The notes under the pieces are model-generated. The model searched no databases. It was not told the origin of the DNA and saw only the letters and a list, made by a program, of their open reading frames with translations. From positions 2,016,001-2,080,000 of the forward strand of contig OZ244188.1 in the NCBI GenBank assembly GCA_965216635.1: a DNA stretch of 64,000 nucleotides, in the 5' to 3' direction. Position numbers and translations under genes: made by a program. Positions 10,264-20,657 of this stretch are shown piece by piece. How positions within the stretch are numbered: the first letter of the stretch is position 1; each line of letters begins with the position of its first letter. The stretch is from a bacterium (lineage in GTDB: Bacteria; SAR324; XYD2-FULL-50-16; G965216635).

Positions 10264-11376
10264 TTAATTTAACAAATGGTGGGGATTAAAAAAAATTTTA
10301 TCCAAAGAAGTCGCCACAGGTTCTGAGACTATTTTACCTCGGTAAAGATTTAAACCTTCCATAAACAAGGAATCTTTTTTTAAAACATTTAATTTTTCGT
10401 TCGCCAGCTTCATTATATAAGGAAAAGTACTATTGGTTAAGGCTTGTGTTGCTGTTCTAGCTACTGCCCCCGGCATATTGGTTACACAATAATGAACTTT
10501 TCCTTCCACTTCAAAAATAGGATCTTCGTGTGTTGTGGCTTTGCTTGTTTCAAAACAACCTCCTTGATCTATAGCAACATCTACTAAAACACTTCCTTTT
10601 TCCATAAATTGAATCATTTTTTTGGTAACAAGTTTAGGTGCTTTTGCTCCCGGTATTAAAACAGAGCCCACACAAATATCCGCTGATTTAACATGTTTTT
10701 CTATACTTTCGCTATCGGAATAGATAGCTTTGATTTTTGAACCAAAAATATTTTCAATTTCTGCTAATCTTTGAGTATCTTTATCTAAAACAACCACATC
10801 TGCACCAAAACCAACTGCTATTAAAGCCGAATTTACTCCAACCACTCCTCCTCCTATGATAACAACTTTACCTCTTTCAGTTCCAGGTACTCCGCTTAAC
10901 AAAATACCTTTACCTCCGTTCTTTTTTTCTAAACAGAAAGCTCCAGCTTGAATAGAGAGCCTACCTGCGATTTGACTCATAGGAACCAAGAGGGGAAGTT
11001 TACCAAACTTGTCTTTAATCGTTTCATAAGCAATACAGCTAGTGCCTTTTTCTAATAAACTTTCTACCATTTTTGAATCACTAGCTAAATGAAGATAGGT
11101 AAAAAGAATTTGATTTTCTCGCAACATTGCACATTCTTGTGGTTGCGGCTCTTTTACTTTCAAAATCAGCTCCCCTTCTTTAAAAACTTCTTCTGCTGTA
11201 TCTAGTAGACAAGCTCCCGCCTTTTTATAATCTTCATCTAAAAAACCAATAGCGCTTCCAGCTTTTTTTTCCACAAAAACAACGTGTCCTTTTTTTGTGA
11301 ACTCTCTCACCATTACAGGTGTTGCGCTTACTCTAAATTCTTTGACTTTTATTTCTTTAGGTACTCCTATTTTCAT
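10264..11376 (-). CDS. ald: alanine dehydrogenase
   Basis: MKIGVPKEIK, KVKEP, GGGVVG, VDVAIDQGGC, NMPGAV. Confidence 0.96.
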   Translation of the reverse strand: MKIGVPKEIKVKEFRVSATPVMVREFTKKGHVVFVEKKAGSAIGFLDEDYKKAGACLLDTAEEVFKEGELILKVKEPQPQECAMLRENQILFTYLHLASDSKMVESLLEKGTSCIAYETIKDKFGKLPLLVPMSQIAGRLSIQAGAFCLEKKNGGKGILLSGVPGTERGKVVIIGGGVVGVNSALIAVGFGADVVVLDKDTQRLAEIENIFGSKIKAIYSDSESIEKHVKSADICVGSVLIPGAKAPKLVTKKMIQFMEKGSVLVDVAIDQGGCFETSKATTHEDPIFEVEGKVHYCVTNMPGAVARTATQALTNSTFPYIMKLANEKLNVLKKDSLFMEGLNLYRGKIVSEPVATSLDKIFFNPHHLLN

Positions 11377-11380
11377 TTTA

Positions 11381-12502
11381 TTACCAAGATGTTCTCATAG
11401 GCATCATAACTATTTGATAATCTTTTTCATCACAATCTTTAATAGTTATAAATTTATCCTCTCCATAAAAATGTATTTCTAATTCTTCAGTGCCTGTTTC
11501 CATATTTTGAAGAGCTCTTAACATATAATTTATGTTTAAGCCTATTTCAAAAGATTCTTTTTCAAAAAAACAATCTAGTTCGTGTTTACTTTCCCCTGTT
11601 TGCATTTTTTCACTTTCTATTTTTAATTTATTTTTTGATAAAACAAATTTCATAGTATTAGAAAAATCATCTACAATCACTCTTAAAATTTTTATCTCTT
11701 TTAAAAATTCTTTTAAACCTATTTTTAAAATATAATCTCCTTTTTTGAATTTAAAAATATTATCCATATCTGGATATTCTTCATTAAGAAGTCTTGTTTG
11801 GAAGAAGGAATCTTTTGTTTTTAATTGTAAAAAAGTATTGTCTAGATAAATATCTATAATTTCCTCTTTTTCATTTTCTAAATATTTTAAGATAGAAGAA
11901 AAACAACTACTAGGAATAATAGCTTTTTTATTGTTTTTAATCTCTTTTGTTCTTAAAAAATATTCACAAGCTCTATAAGAATCTGAAGAAATAAATCTTA
12001 TATTTTCTTTATTAGTTTCAATAAGAATACCTTGTAAATTTATTTTTATAGGCTCTACAGAAACAAAATCTATTGATCTTTTAAAAGCTTCATTTAATTC
12101 TGTAGCTTTTAATGAAAAAGAGTTTTCTTGAAAAGAGAAATCTAATTTAGGAAATTTATCTTTATCAAAACTAGGTATTTTAATACTTGATTTGTTGTTT
12201 TTTACTAATAACCATTGATTTTCTAAAACTTTAAATAATATTTCGTCATCGTAGAGTTCTCTAATTAATTCAAAAAATTTTTGTGCGTTTGTACAAAAAC
12301 TTCCTTCTTTTATAACATTTGCTTTTATCTCTTTTTTAAAATTACTTTCATTATTTGTACATATAATGTTTATTTTACTTTCTTTTAAATTAGCTTCTAT
12401 CTTAAATTGAGAAAAAAACTGATTATTAACTTCTTTTCCAGTTATAGTAATAACAACTTGTATTATTTTTAGAAAACTATTTCTATTTACCTTAAATTCC
12501 AT
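11381..12502 (-). CDS. dnaN: DNA polymerase III beta sliding clamp
   Basis: Follows dnaA; 373 aa; SDSYR, EEYPD, C-terminal VMMPMR. Confidence 0.93.
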   Translation of the reverse strand: MEFKVNRNSFLKIIQVVITITGKEVNNQFFSQFKIEANLKESKINIICTNNESNFKKEIKANVIKEGSFCTNAQKFFELIRELYDDEILFKVLENQWLLVKNNKSSIKIPSFDKDKFPKLDFSFQENSFSLKATELNEAFKRSIDFVSVEPIKINLQGILIETNKENIRFISSDSYRACEYFLRTKEIKNNKKAIIPSSCFSSILKYLENEKEEIIDIYLDNTFLQLKTKDSFFQTRLLNEEYPDMDNIFKFKKGDYILKIGLKEFLKEIKILRVIVDDFSNTMKFVLSKNKLKIESEKMQTGESKHELDCFFEKESFEIGLNINYMLRALQNMETGTEELEIHFYGEDKFITIKDCDEKDYQIVMMPMRTSW

Positions 12503-12755
12503 ATTTATTATATTTAGATAGTAGTATTAGTAGGCTCTGTTTCTTTTTTTAGAAACCTTAAAGCTGATACAATACATTGTTTTTTCATTTATTTATATAT
12601 TTTTATTTATATATTTATATATTCCATATTTATTATATTTTTTTATTTATAAATAAAAAAAATAATAAATAACAATAAAATACAAACAAAAAAATTCACT
12701 TAAGTAAGTTATTGTTATAACTTATTTTTATTAAAAAAAAAAAAATTTTATGTTG
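12503..12755. other. putative oriC unwinding region (DnaA-trios plus AT-rich tract)
   Basis: Very AT-rich dnaA-dnaN spacer; minus strand reads ACAGAGCCTACTAATACTACTATCTAAATATAATAAAT next to the dnaN start. Confidence 0.75.
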
Positions 12756-14108
12756 TTACAAATCTGTTGTTTTTTTAGAATTTAAAATAGATGTTATACT
12801 ACCCACAGAAAGACGTAGTTCTGTATCTTCATCTATAATAGACTTTATTTTTTTGTAAGATTGTATAACAGAAACATGATTTTTTTCAAAATAATTTCCT
12901 ATTACCGGATAAGAAAGATTTGTTACTTCTCTAGCTATATACATAGCAACTTGTCTAGCTATAGTTATTTCTCTATCTCTTTTTTCTGATTTTATATCTG
13001 ATATTTTAACATTAAAATTTTTAGATACTTCTTTTATTATATCATTAACAGCTATTGGGCTTTTATCCAAGTTAAGAATATCTTTTAAAATAATTCTTGC
13101 AGAATCTAAATTTATTTCTTGATTTAAGAGAGAATACTCTGCTTCTAGACATTTTATAACACCTTTTATTTCCCTCACATTGGTTCTTATTGCGTGGGCT
13201 ATATGTAAAACAATATCTTCTGCTAAGATCAAATCAATTTTTTCTAACTCATTTTTTATAATAGCTACTCTAGTCTCAAAAACAGGAGCATCAATTTTAG
13301 CTATTATACCTGCAGAAAAACGACTAATAAGCCTTCTTTCAATTTTTTTTATTTCTCTAGGATACCTATCTGCTGTTATAATCACCTGCTTTCCTTTATT
13401 TAAAAGCTCATTAAAAGTGTGAAAAAACTCTTCTTGTGTGCTTGTTTTGTTTTCTAAAAACTGGATATCGTCTATTAGAAAAAGATCGCAATTACGATAT
13501 TTTTTCTTTATAGATAAAATTTCCTTTCTACGAATGCCTTCTATAACATCATTAGTAAAATTTTCAGAGGTGCAGTAAATAATTTCAATATCTTTATTTT
13601 CTTTTAAGATTTTATTTCCAACAGCTTGTAAAAGATGGGTTTTTCCAAGTCCCACGTCTCCATAAAGAAAAAGAGGGTTGTATTTAGAAATTAATTTGCT
13701 GGAAAGGGATTCTGCAATGGATAAAGCACAGGCGTAGGCGATAGAAGAGTTGTCTCCATTTACAAAACTTTCAAAGGTATTATCAGAATTTAAAGCATGT
13801 TTTTCCATTTTCTTTTTTCCTACTTGAAAGACTAATTGAAAATTTTCTTCTAATCCAAAAGGATAAAAACTACTAAATAAAGATTTTTTTAAAAGTGTAG
13901 CGCGATTGTTTTTAATCCAATTGCAGAAAAAATTATTTAGACCTCCTAGTGTCATTTGTTCTTTTTTAAACTCTATTAAGTTAATATTGTCTAACCAAGC
14001 TTCTTTTTCGGAGTCGTTTATGGAGTTGGATATTTGGTTTTTACAATTAAACCAAACTTTTTCTAAAGTTATGTTGTGTTTCACCTGTTTTTGTGCTAGA
14101 TTTTCCAT
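12756..14108 (-). CDS. dnaA: chromosomal replication initiator DnaA
   Basis: YNPLFLYGDVGLGKTHL, IDDIQFL, QEEFFHTFN, NVREIKG, RQVAMYIAR. Confidence 0.97.
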   Translation of the reverse strand: MENLAQKQVKHNITLEKVWFNCKNQISNSINDSEKEAWLDNINLIEFKKEQMTLGGLNNFFCNWIKNNRATLLKKSLFSSFYPFGLEENFQLVFQVGKKKMEKHALNSDNTFESFVNGDNSSIAYACALSIAESLSSKLISKYNPLFLYGDVGLGKTHLLQAVGNKILKENKDIEIIYCTSENFTNDVIEGIRRKEILSIKKKYRNCDLFLIDDIQFLENKTSTQEEFFHTFNELLNKGKQVIITADRYPREIKKIERRLISRFSAGIIAKIDAPVFETRVAIIKNELEKIDLILAEDIVLHIAHAIRTNVREIKGVIKCLEAEYSLLNQEINLDSARIILKDILNLDKSPIAVNDIIKEVSKNFNVKISDIKSEKRDREITIARQVAMYIAREVTNLSYPVIGNYFEKNHVSVIQSYKKIKSIIDEDTELRLSVGSITSILNSKKTTDL

Positions 14109-14320
14109 GTTTTTAGGTCTAAAATAGATAATAGTAAGATGATATATAGCAAATATTTTTTTTTCAATTTTTTAAAAAAGGTTTATAAAAATAAAACAAT
14201 ATTACCTGTTTAAATATTTGAAACAACAAAACAATCCTAAAAAAACAACGTTGAAAAAAACAGAAAAAGGAACTTTTTCTTTCCTTTAATTTGCATAGAA
14301 ATAAATTTTTTGCTTTAAAA

Positions 14321-16213
14321 ATGCGTCAAAATAAAAAAACTCAGAAAAAAAAGTGGGATTTGATAGTCATCGGTGGAGGTCATGCTGGCTGTGAAGCAGC
14401 CCATGCGGCTGCTTCTATGGGATGTAGCACTTTACTTTTAACAATGAAAAAGGAAACTATTGGAAAAATGTCGTGTAATCCAGCCATAGGAGGCGTGGGT
14501 AAAGGGCATTTAGTGAAAGAAATAGATGCTTTAGGCGGTATTATGGGTTTTGTGGCGGACGAAACTGCGATTCAATTTAGAAAACTTAATACTAAAAAAG
14601 GAGTAGCTGTTCAGGCTACAAGATGCCAATCGGATATGCACCAATACAATCAGAAAATGATAGAAACTATCCAAAGCTGTCCGAATCTTTTTGTGAGAGA
14701 AGGAGAGGTGGTTTCTTTTCTTTTAGAAAAGGGTGAAATTTGCGGGGTTCAAACTAGCTTAAGAGAATCTATTTTAAGCAAAGCTGTTGTTTTAACAGGA
14801 GGCACTTTTTTGAGAGGAAAAATTCATATAGGAGATAAGCAGTTTGAGGCAGGTAGAGTGGGTGAGAGTCCAGCTAATCAAATTTCAGTTCAATTAGAAA
14901 AACTGCGGTTAAAAATGGGAAGATTGAAGACGGGAACAACGCCTAGGCTAGATAAAAACACCATCCAGTTTGGAAAACTAGAGCTTCAGCACGGAGATAA
15001 AGAAAAACTCAAATTTTCCTTTTGGAATAGCAAGATAAGTCTGCCCCAAGTGCCCTGCTATATTACCTATACCAACGAAAAAACACACCGTATTATTGCT
15101 GAAAATATTTCGCTATCAGCAGCCTACAATGGCGATATTCAATCTTCAGGTCCCAGGTACTGTCCTAGTATAGAAGATAAAATTGTTCGTTTTGCAGATA
15201 AAAAAAAACACCAGATTTTTTTAGAGCCCACCAGCTTGGATTCTATAGAAATTTATCCCAACGGTATTTCTACGAGTCTTCCAGAAAAAGTGCAGCTGGA
15301 TTTTGTACGAAGTATTAAAGGTTTAGAAGAAGCGAAAATAATCAGAGCAGGTTACGCTGTAGAATACGACTTTGTTTTTCCCAACCAACTCCAACTTTCT
15401 TTGGAACTAAAATCGCTGAAAGGGTTGTTTTTGGCGGGACAAATTAATGGCACTACAGGTTATGAAGAAGCAGCAGCACAAGGTTTAATCGCAGGCATTA
15501 ACGCAGCCTTGCAAATCCAAAAAAAAGAGCCTTTGATTTTAACGCGAGATGTTGCTTATCTTGCTGTTTTGATAGACGATTTAGTAACTAAAGGCACAGA
15601 AGAGCCTTACCGTATGTTCACCTCCAGAGCAGAATACCGATTGCTTTTAAGAGAAGAAAATGCAGATCAAAGACTTTGTGAAATAGGCTACAAAATTGGG
15701 CTGCTCAGCAAAGCAAAATATCAAAAATTTTGCCAGAAATACAAGAAGGTGGAAAGTTTAAAAAAATGGACTGCGAGTTTAAGATTAAAACCCAGTGAAA
15801 AATTGCTTGATTTTTATGAGAAAAAAGAAATTTCACAAAAAAATTACAAGTTAACTCATTTACTCAAACAGCCAACAGTAGCATTTAAAACACTAGAAAA
15901 ATTTTTTCCAGCGATATGGAAAAAAGAGCTGAAACAATGGGAGCAAGTGCATAAAAATATTGTGGAAACAGATTTGAAATACGAGGGCTATATTAAAAAA
16001 CAGCAAGTACAACTTAAGCAGTATCACAAATTACACCTACAACCCATTCCCCATAATTTAGATTATTCCTTAGTCGGAGGACTTTCTGCAGAAGTAAAAG
16101 AAAAACTAGTGTATTACCGTCCAGAAAATTTGAGCCAAATGCTAAAAATCAGTGGAATTACTCCAGCAGCGACTACTATTTTAATGGTTTATCTAAAAAA
16201 ATTAGCCGCATAA
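14321..16213 (+). CDS. mnmG: tRNA uridine-5-carboxymethylaminomethyl modification enzyme
   Basis: GGGHAGCEAA, MSCNPAIGG, GPRYCPSIEDK, AGQINGTTGYEEAAAQG. Confidence 0.97.
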   Translation: MRQNKKTQKKKWDLIVIGGGHAGCEAAHAAASMGCSTLLLTMKKETIGKMSCNPAIGGVGKGHLVKEIDALGGIMGFVADETAIQFRKLNTKKGVAVQATRCQSDMHQYNQKMIETIQSCPNLFVREGEVVSFLLEKGEICGVQTSLRESILSKAVVLTGGTFLRGKIHIGDKQFEAGRVGESPANQISVQLEKLRLKMGRLKTGTTPRLDKNTIQFGKLELQHGDKEKLKFSFWNSKISLPQVPCYITYTNEKTHRIIAENISLSAAYNGDIQSSGPRYCPSIEDKIVRFADKKKHQIFLEPTSLDSIEIYPNGISTSLPEKVQLDFVRSIKGLEEAKIIRAGYAVEYDFVFPNQLQLSLELKSLKGLFLAGQINGTTGYEEAAAQGLIAGINAALQIQKKEPLILTRDVAYLAVLIDDLVTKGTEEPYRMFTSRAEYRLLLREENADQRLCEIGYKIGLLSKAKYQKFCQKYKKVESLKKWTASLRLKPSEKLLDFYEKKEISQKNYKLTHLLKQPTVAFKTLEKFFPAIWKKELKQWEQVHKNIVETDLKYEGYIKKQQVQLKQYHKLHLQPIPHNLDYSLVGGLSAEVKEKLVYYRPENLSQMLKISGITPAATTILMVYLKKLAA

Positions 16214-16214
16214 A

Positions 16215-17207
16215 GTGAAAATTACTTTTTTAGACGCAGCTACCTTTGGAAATTTTTTTGAGTTTAAAAAACCCTCTTTTGCATCTGAGAGGAATTTTGA
16301 ATGGAATGAATATCAAACTACCAAGTCCACAGAAATTTTAGAGAGAATCAAAGATAGCGAGATTGTGATTGCCAATAAAATTGCCCTAAAAAAAGAAATT
16401 TTAGAAAAAGCAGAAAAATTAAAACTGATCGCATTAGTAGCTACAGGCTATAACAGTATAGATTTGGATTATTGTAAAAAAAAAGACATTCGCGTTTGCA
16501 ATATTCGCGACTACGCTTTTGACTCTGTTCCAGAACACACCTTCGCTTTGATTTTGGCTTTAAGAAAAAATATTTTTGGCTATCAAAAAGCGGTGCAAAA
16601 CGGAGTTTGGGAAGATTGCGGACAGTTTTGTTTTTTCTTGGAGCCAGTGCACTGCCTACGAGGGAGCCGTTTAGGTATAATAGGTTCTGGAAGTTTGGGG
16701 CAAGGAGTAGCGAGGCTAGGCGAAGCCTTTGGTATGGATGTTCGCTTTGCACTTCGCAAAGGCAAAAAAAGTTGTAAAAAAAGCAGTCAAAACAATGGGT
16801 TTAACGACAAATACCTAGCTTTTGAAGAAATCATAGAAACATCCTCTGTGATTTCTGTAAACTGTCCTTTGTTGCCCGAAACTAAAGACATTATCGGTTG
16901 GCGAGAGCTAAAAAAAATGCGAGAAGACTGCATTTTAGTCAATAGCTCGCGAGGCGGTATTATCAACGAAGCAGATCTTGTGAGAGCGATTAAAGAAAAA
17001 AGAATTGCAGGGGCTGGGATAGATGTAGTCTCTAGCGAGCCGCCGAGTTTTTCGCACCCCTACTACTCTATTTTGAGCTATCCTAATTTTATCTTAACTC
17101 CGCATGTAGCTTGGGTAGGACTTTCTGCTATGAAAAGGGCTTGGAGTCAAGTTATAGAAAACATTGAAAACTTTAAAAAAGGCAAACCTACCCGTGTTGT
17201 TTGCTGA
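16215..17207 (+). CDS. D-2-hydroxyacid dehydrogenase (glycerate dehydrogenase-like)
   Basis: ATGYN, GSGSLG, NSSRGG, LTPHVAW. Confidence 0.9.
   Translation: MKITFLDAATFGNFFEFKKPSFASERNFEWNEYQTTKSTEILERIKDSEIVIANKIALKKEILEKAEKLKLIALVATGYNSIDLDYCKKKDIRVCNIRDYAFDSVPEHTFALILALRKNIFGYQKAVQNGVWEDCGQFCFFLEPVHCLRGSRLGIIGSGSLGQGVARLGEAFGMDVRFALRKGKKSCKKSSQNNGFNDKYLAFEEIIETSSVISVNCPLLPETKDIIGWRELKKMREDCILVNSSRGGIINEADLVRAIKEKRIAGAGIDVVSSEPPSFSHPYYSILSYPNFILTPHVAWVGLSAMKRAWSQVIENIENFKKGKPTRVVC
17139..17207 (+). repeat. 69-bp direct repeat, copy 1 (3' end of the dehydrogenase gene)
   Basis: Repeated at 18013-18081 with 5 mismatches. Confidence 0.9.
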
Positions 17208-17295
17208 AAATCTTTGAAAAACATTGAAAATATATTAAAGGAATGCTATTGATACTAAAATAAAAATTATTCTACGTCAGTCCAATAAAAAAACT

Positions 17296-17565
17296 ATGCC
17301 ACTATCAACACTAAAAGAAAAAGGACAGATTACACTTCCTTCGTCTATTCGCAGGCAAATACACGCAGAAAAAGGAGATTTATTTGATTTTCAAGTGCGA
17401 GAAAACAAGGTTATTATGACTCGTAAAAAAATAGTGCTGGCAAAAGCTTCTGTTCACAAAAAAACAAACAAACTATCAAAATATATCGGTGCAGGAAAAG
17501 GAGTTTTTGGTTCTCCAAAGGAAATAGATAATCTTATCCGCAAGCAACGCAAAGAATGGGATTAA
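17296..17565 (+). CDS. AbrB/MazE-type antitoxin (VapB-like)
   Basis: KGQITLPSSIRRQ...KGD signature; overlaps the PIN gene. Confidence 0.88.
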   Translation: MPLSTLKEKGQITLPSSIRRQIHAEKGDLFDFQVRENKVIMTRKKIVLAKASVHKKTNKLSKYIGAGKGVFGSPKEIDNLIRKQRKEWD

Positions 17566-17996
17566 AAGAAAAACTTCAGAGTAAAAAAGTCTATTTTGAT
17601 ACAAATATTTTTATCTACCTTTTTGAAGGCTGCAAAACAATTATGCCACAAATTAAGGCATTGCAATCTTTGATAGAACGTGAAGAAACAAGAATTATTT
17701 CCAGCATCCTTGTTTATGCAGAAATGCTCCCTCCTGTTGTGAAAAATGGAAATCAAAAAGTAGTGCAAAGTTTAATAAATTTTTTGAGAGAAACAGAAAT
17801 TTTCACTCTTGTTCCCATAAATTTTGATGTATCTGTGCATGCAGGTATATTGCGTGGAGAAACAGGTATGAAAACTCCCGATGCTATTCATGTTGCCACA
17901 GCAATGGAAGAAAAATGCGATGTGTTTTTTACAAACGACAAGCAGATAAAACTCCCGAAAAGTTTGGAAAGAGTTCTATTTTCAGATTATCAATAA
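17556..17996 (+). CDS. vapC: PIN-domain toxin
   Basis: YFDTNIFIY, DAIHVATA, FFTND. Confidence 0.9.
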   Translation: MGLKEKLQSKKVYFDTNIFIYLFEGCKTIMPQIKALQSLIEREETRIISSILVYAEMLPPVVKNGNQKVVQSLINFLRETEIFTLVPINFDVSVHAGILRGETGMKTPDAIHVATAMEEKCDVFFTNDKQIKLPKSLERVLFSDYQ

Positions 17997-18012
17997 ATGC
18001 AGATTTAATATA

Positions 18013-18081
18013 GCTTGGAGTCAAGTTATAGAAAACATTGAAAACTTCAAAAAAGGCAAACCTACCCGAGTCGTTTGCTAG
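18013..18081 (+). repeat. 69-bp direct repeat, copy 2 (displaced gene end)
   Basis: Encodes the same AWSQVIENIENFKKGKPTRVVC* peptide. Confidence 0.9.
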
Positions 18082-18155
18082 TTTATGGGGATATAATATT
18101 TAATATCTTTATAAATAATAATTAAATAGTTATACACAAAAAATAAAAACTATAA

Positions 18156-18995
18156 ATGAAAAAAGAATTTGAATCTCAACTAAAAAAATTTGTAGAGGGA
18201 CTGCAAGACTATATTAGTACTAAAAATGGGCAATGGACTATAAAAGGCTTTATAGATGTATTTCAAAATATTTATGCAATTTCATTAGATACTAAAATTG
18301 TATCTAAGATTTTAGAAATTCATTTATTTCCTAAAATTATGGAATTTGCTCAAAAATATGGGTATAAAATTGTATTAGCAGAACACCAAAATTATTATCC
18401 TGATATTTCATTTGTAAAAGCCAGTGATGAAAATATAAAATTCGCTGTGGATTTTAAAACTACATATAGAAATCTCAACAAACCGTGGTTATGCAATGGA
18501 TTTACATTAGGTTCGCATGGAAAATATTTTGAAGATCGTACAAGCCAAAAAAACATACAATTTTCTTATGGGGAATACTTAGGGCACTTTTGTCTTGGTA
18601 TCATTTATAATCGTTCTACTGGAGTATCCATAGGCGAAACGAAAAGCTATAACATTAAAAATTTACAATCTATAACATCGGTAGTGAATAATTTTCAATT
18701 TTTTTTTGTTGAAAAATGGCGTATTGCTAGTGATAGAGGTGGTAGTGGTAATACAGCAAATATAGGAAGCATTAACAATATTAACGATATTATTAATGGT
18801 AATGGTATGTTCTCAAATCTTGGAGAATCTTGGTTTGATGATTATTGGATGAATTACAATAAAATCACTATACCCGACAAGAAAGGTAGGACTAAAAAAA
18901 TCACTTCATTGAAAGATTTTGTTATTTATAGAAAAGGAGATGTATCTAAAATTATACCAAAACGTAATAAAACATTTAAAACCACCAAAAAATGA
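18156..18995 (+). CDS. type II restriction endonuclease, EcoRV family
   Basis: [34 protein letters not shown] and FDDYWMNY all match EcoRV motifs. Confidence 0.88.
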   Translation: MKKEFESQLKKFVEGLQDYISTKNGQWTIKGFIDVFQNIYAISLDTKIVSKILEIHLFPKIMEFAQKYGYKIVLAEHQNYYPDISFVKASDENIKFAVDFKTTYRNLNKPWLCNGFTLGSHGKYFEDRTSQKNIQFSYGEYLGHFCLGIIYNRSTGVSIGETKSYNIKNLQSITSVVNNFQFFFVEKWRIASDRGGSGNTANIGSINNINDIINGNGMFSNLGESWFDDYWMNYNKITIPDKKGRTKKITSLKDFVIYRKGDVSKIIPKRNKTFKTTKK

Positions 18996-19903
18996 AAGTA
19001 AAGGTGCCGCCAATAAAATCACAAGGTATAAAAACTAAATTAGTTCCTTGGATAAATACTATTATTCCGCAAGGATTTAATGGGCAGTGGATAGAACCAT
19101 TTATGGGAACAGGAGTAGTAGCGTTCAATCTTGCGCCTATACATGCATTATTATGTGATACCAATCCGCATTTAATTAGTTTTTATCAAGCAATAGCAAA
19201 CAAAGAAATCACCCCAAATATTGTAAAAAAATATTTAAATAAAGAAGGTGCTTTGCTTCTTGAGATAGGCGAGAAGCACTATTATAAACTGAGAGATAGG
19301 TTTAATAAAGAACATTATCCATTAGATTTTTTATTTTTAAATAGAGCGGGATTTAACGGAATGATTCGTTTTAATAAAAAAGGTTGTTTTAATATACCAT
19401 TCTGTAAAAAACCTAAAAGATTTGCGCGGGCTTATGTAACTAAAATTGTTAATCAGATTGCATATGTAAGTTATTTGTTATTAGTAAAGAATTTTAAATT
19501 TATGTGTCAATCATTTGAGAAAACTATTTCAAAAGCAAAACCTTCTGATATTATTTATTGTGATCCGCCATATATAGAAAGACATGCTGATTATTTTAAT
19601 GGATGGAACAAAGAGAAAGAAAAGAGTTTATTTGACGCTTTATCGCAATCTAAAAGTAAGTTTATATTATCAACTTGGCACCATAACGATTTTCGTGAAA
19701 ATAAATATATTTACTCGCTATGGAGTAAATTTAATATTTTAACAAGAAAACATTTCTATCATGTTGGTGGTAGTGAAAAAAACAGAAATCCAATGATTGA
19801 AGCTATTATCACTAATTATGATGTATCAGTTTATGAAACTCAAGAGGCAGAAACGCAGAAACAATTAACACTATTTGAGAAAAAAATAGTATATAGCATA
19901 TAA
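18992..19903 (+). CDS. Dam/M.EcoRV-family DNA adenine methyltransferase
   Basis: [30 protein letters not shown]. Confidence 0.92.
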   Translation: MKVKVPPIKSQGIKTKLVPWINTIIPQGFNGQWIEPFMGTGVVAFNLAPIHALLCDTNPHLISFYQAIANKEITPNIVKKYLNKEGALLLEIGEKHYYKLRDRFNKEHYPLDFLFLNRAGFNGMIRFNKKGCFNIPFCKKPKRFARAYVTKIVNQIAYVSYLLLVKNFKFMCQSFEKTISKAKPSDIIYCDPPYIERHADYFNGWNKEKEKSLFDALSQSKSKFILSTWHHNDFRENKYIYSLWSKFNILTRKHFYHVGGSEKNRNPMIEAIITNYDVSVYETQEAETQKQLTLFEKKIVYSI

Positions 19904-19950
19904 CAAATCATTCCAGCCAACTGCTAATATGTCGGTTAAATTTATTAAAT
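19898..19950 (+). other. degenerate attC-like site 1
   Basis: ATATAAC-AAATC-ATTCCAGCCAAC...GTCGGTTAAAT; overlaps the MTase stop codon. Confidence 0.6.
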
Positions 19951-19966
19951 AAAAAAAAATTCAATT

Positions 19967-20164
19967 ATGAAAACAGCAAAAAATGAAGTGCAAGCACTTT
20001 TAAATAAATTGCCTGATGATTGTGTGATAGAAGATATTCAATACCATTTGTATGTTATTGAAAAAGTTCGTAGAGGCATTAGTCGGGCAAACAAAGAAGG
20101 CGCAATATCACAACAAGATGCAGAAAAACGGTTGCTAATTCAAAAATATCTCAAGAAATTATAA
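19967..20164 (+). CDS. antitoxin of the type usually paired with RelE/ParE toxins, C-terminus replaced at the repeat junction
   Basis: TAKNEVQALLNKLPDDC..EDIQYHLYVIEKVRRG pattern; no toxin gene follows. Confidence 0.65.
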   Translation: MKTAKNEVQALLNKLPDDCVIEDIQYHLYVIEKVRRGISRANKEGAISQQDAEKRLLIQKYLKKL

Positions 20165-20328
20165 TGTTTATGTTTATCCCTTTTGGAATGGTCTTGGCTC
20201 TTTTTACATTTATAGCTATTCACAGCCATTTTGCTCTGGCTGACATAGGTAAAGATGAAAGCAAAAAAAGTAGTAAAAAACCAAGAGTGAAATCAAAAGC
20301 AAAAGCAAAAAAATCTAAAATATTCTAG
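20164..20328 (+). CDS. small hydrophobic/Lys-rich peptide A, copy 1
   Basis: MFMFIPFGMVLALFTFIAIHSHFALADIGKDESKKSSKKPRVKSKAKAKKSKIF; frame open in all four copies. Confidence 0.65.
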   Translation: MFMFIPFGMVLALFTFIAIHSHFALADIGKDESKKSSKKPRVKSKAKAKKSKIF

Positions 20329-20376
20329 CCAATAGATAACGTTATTACTGGTGGGATTCAAACACTAAATATACTT

Positions 20377-20646
20377 ATGAAAAAATTTTATTTTTATCCA
20401 AAAGACGAAAATGCTTTTAAAGACCAAGCTGTTAGGAATTTTGTTAGGACATTAATATTTAATGAACAGACTAATGCTATTAGCAGTTATACGCGTAAAG
20501 TTAGTAAAAAATGGGAACAAACTGTTAAAAATAATATAGAAAGTGACCAGAGAATTAAAGATTTGCAGAATGAAAACTATCAAATTTATAGTTGGGTAGT
20601 AAAAACCAAATCTGATTTTTCTTTGCCTTTTTTGGGGGAAAAATAG
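20377..20646 (+). CDS. hypothetical protein B, copy 1
   Basis: 89 aa, three copies. Confidence 0.65.
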   Translation: MKKFYFYPKDENAFKDQAVRNFVRTLIFNEQTNAISSYTRKVSKKWEQTVKNNIESDQRIKDLQNENYQIYSWVVKTKSDFSLPFLGEK

Positions 20647-20657
20647 TATTAGTTTTT

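Noticed and set aside
18735..18775. Altered specificity of the EcoRV-like enzyme (GSGNTANIG vs GSGNTTNIG)
   Set aside because: The change maps to the T187 position; the base-contacting N185, T186 and N188 equivalents are retained
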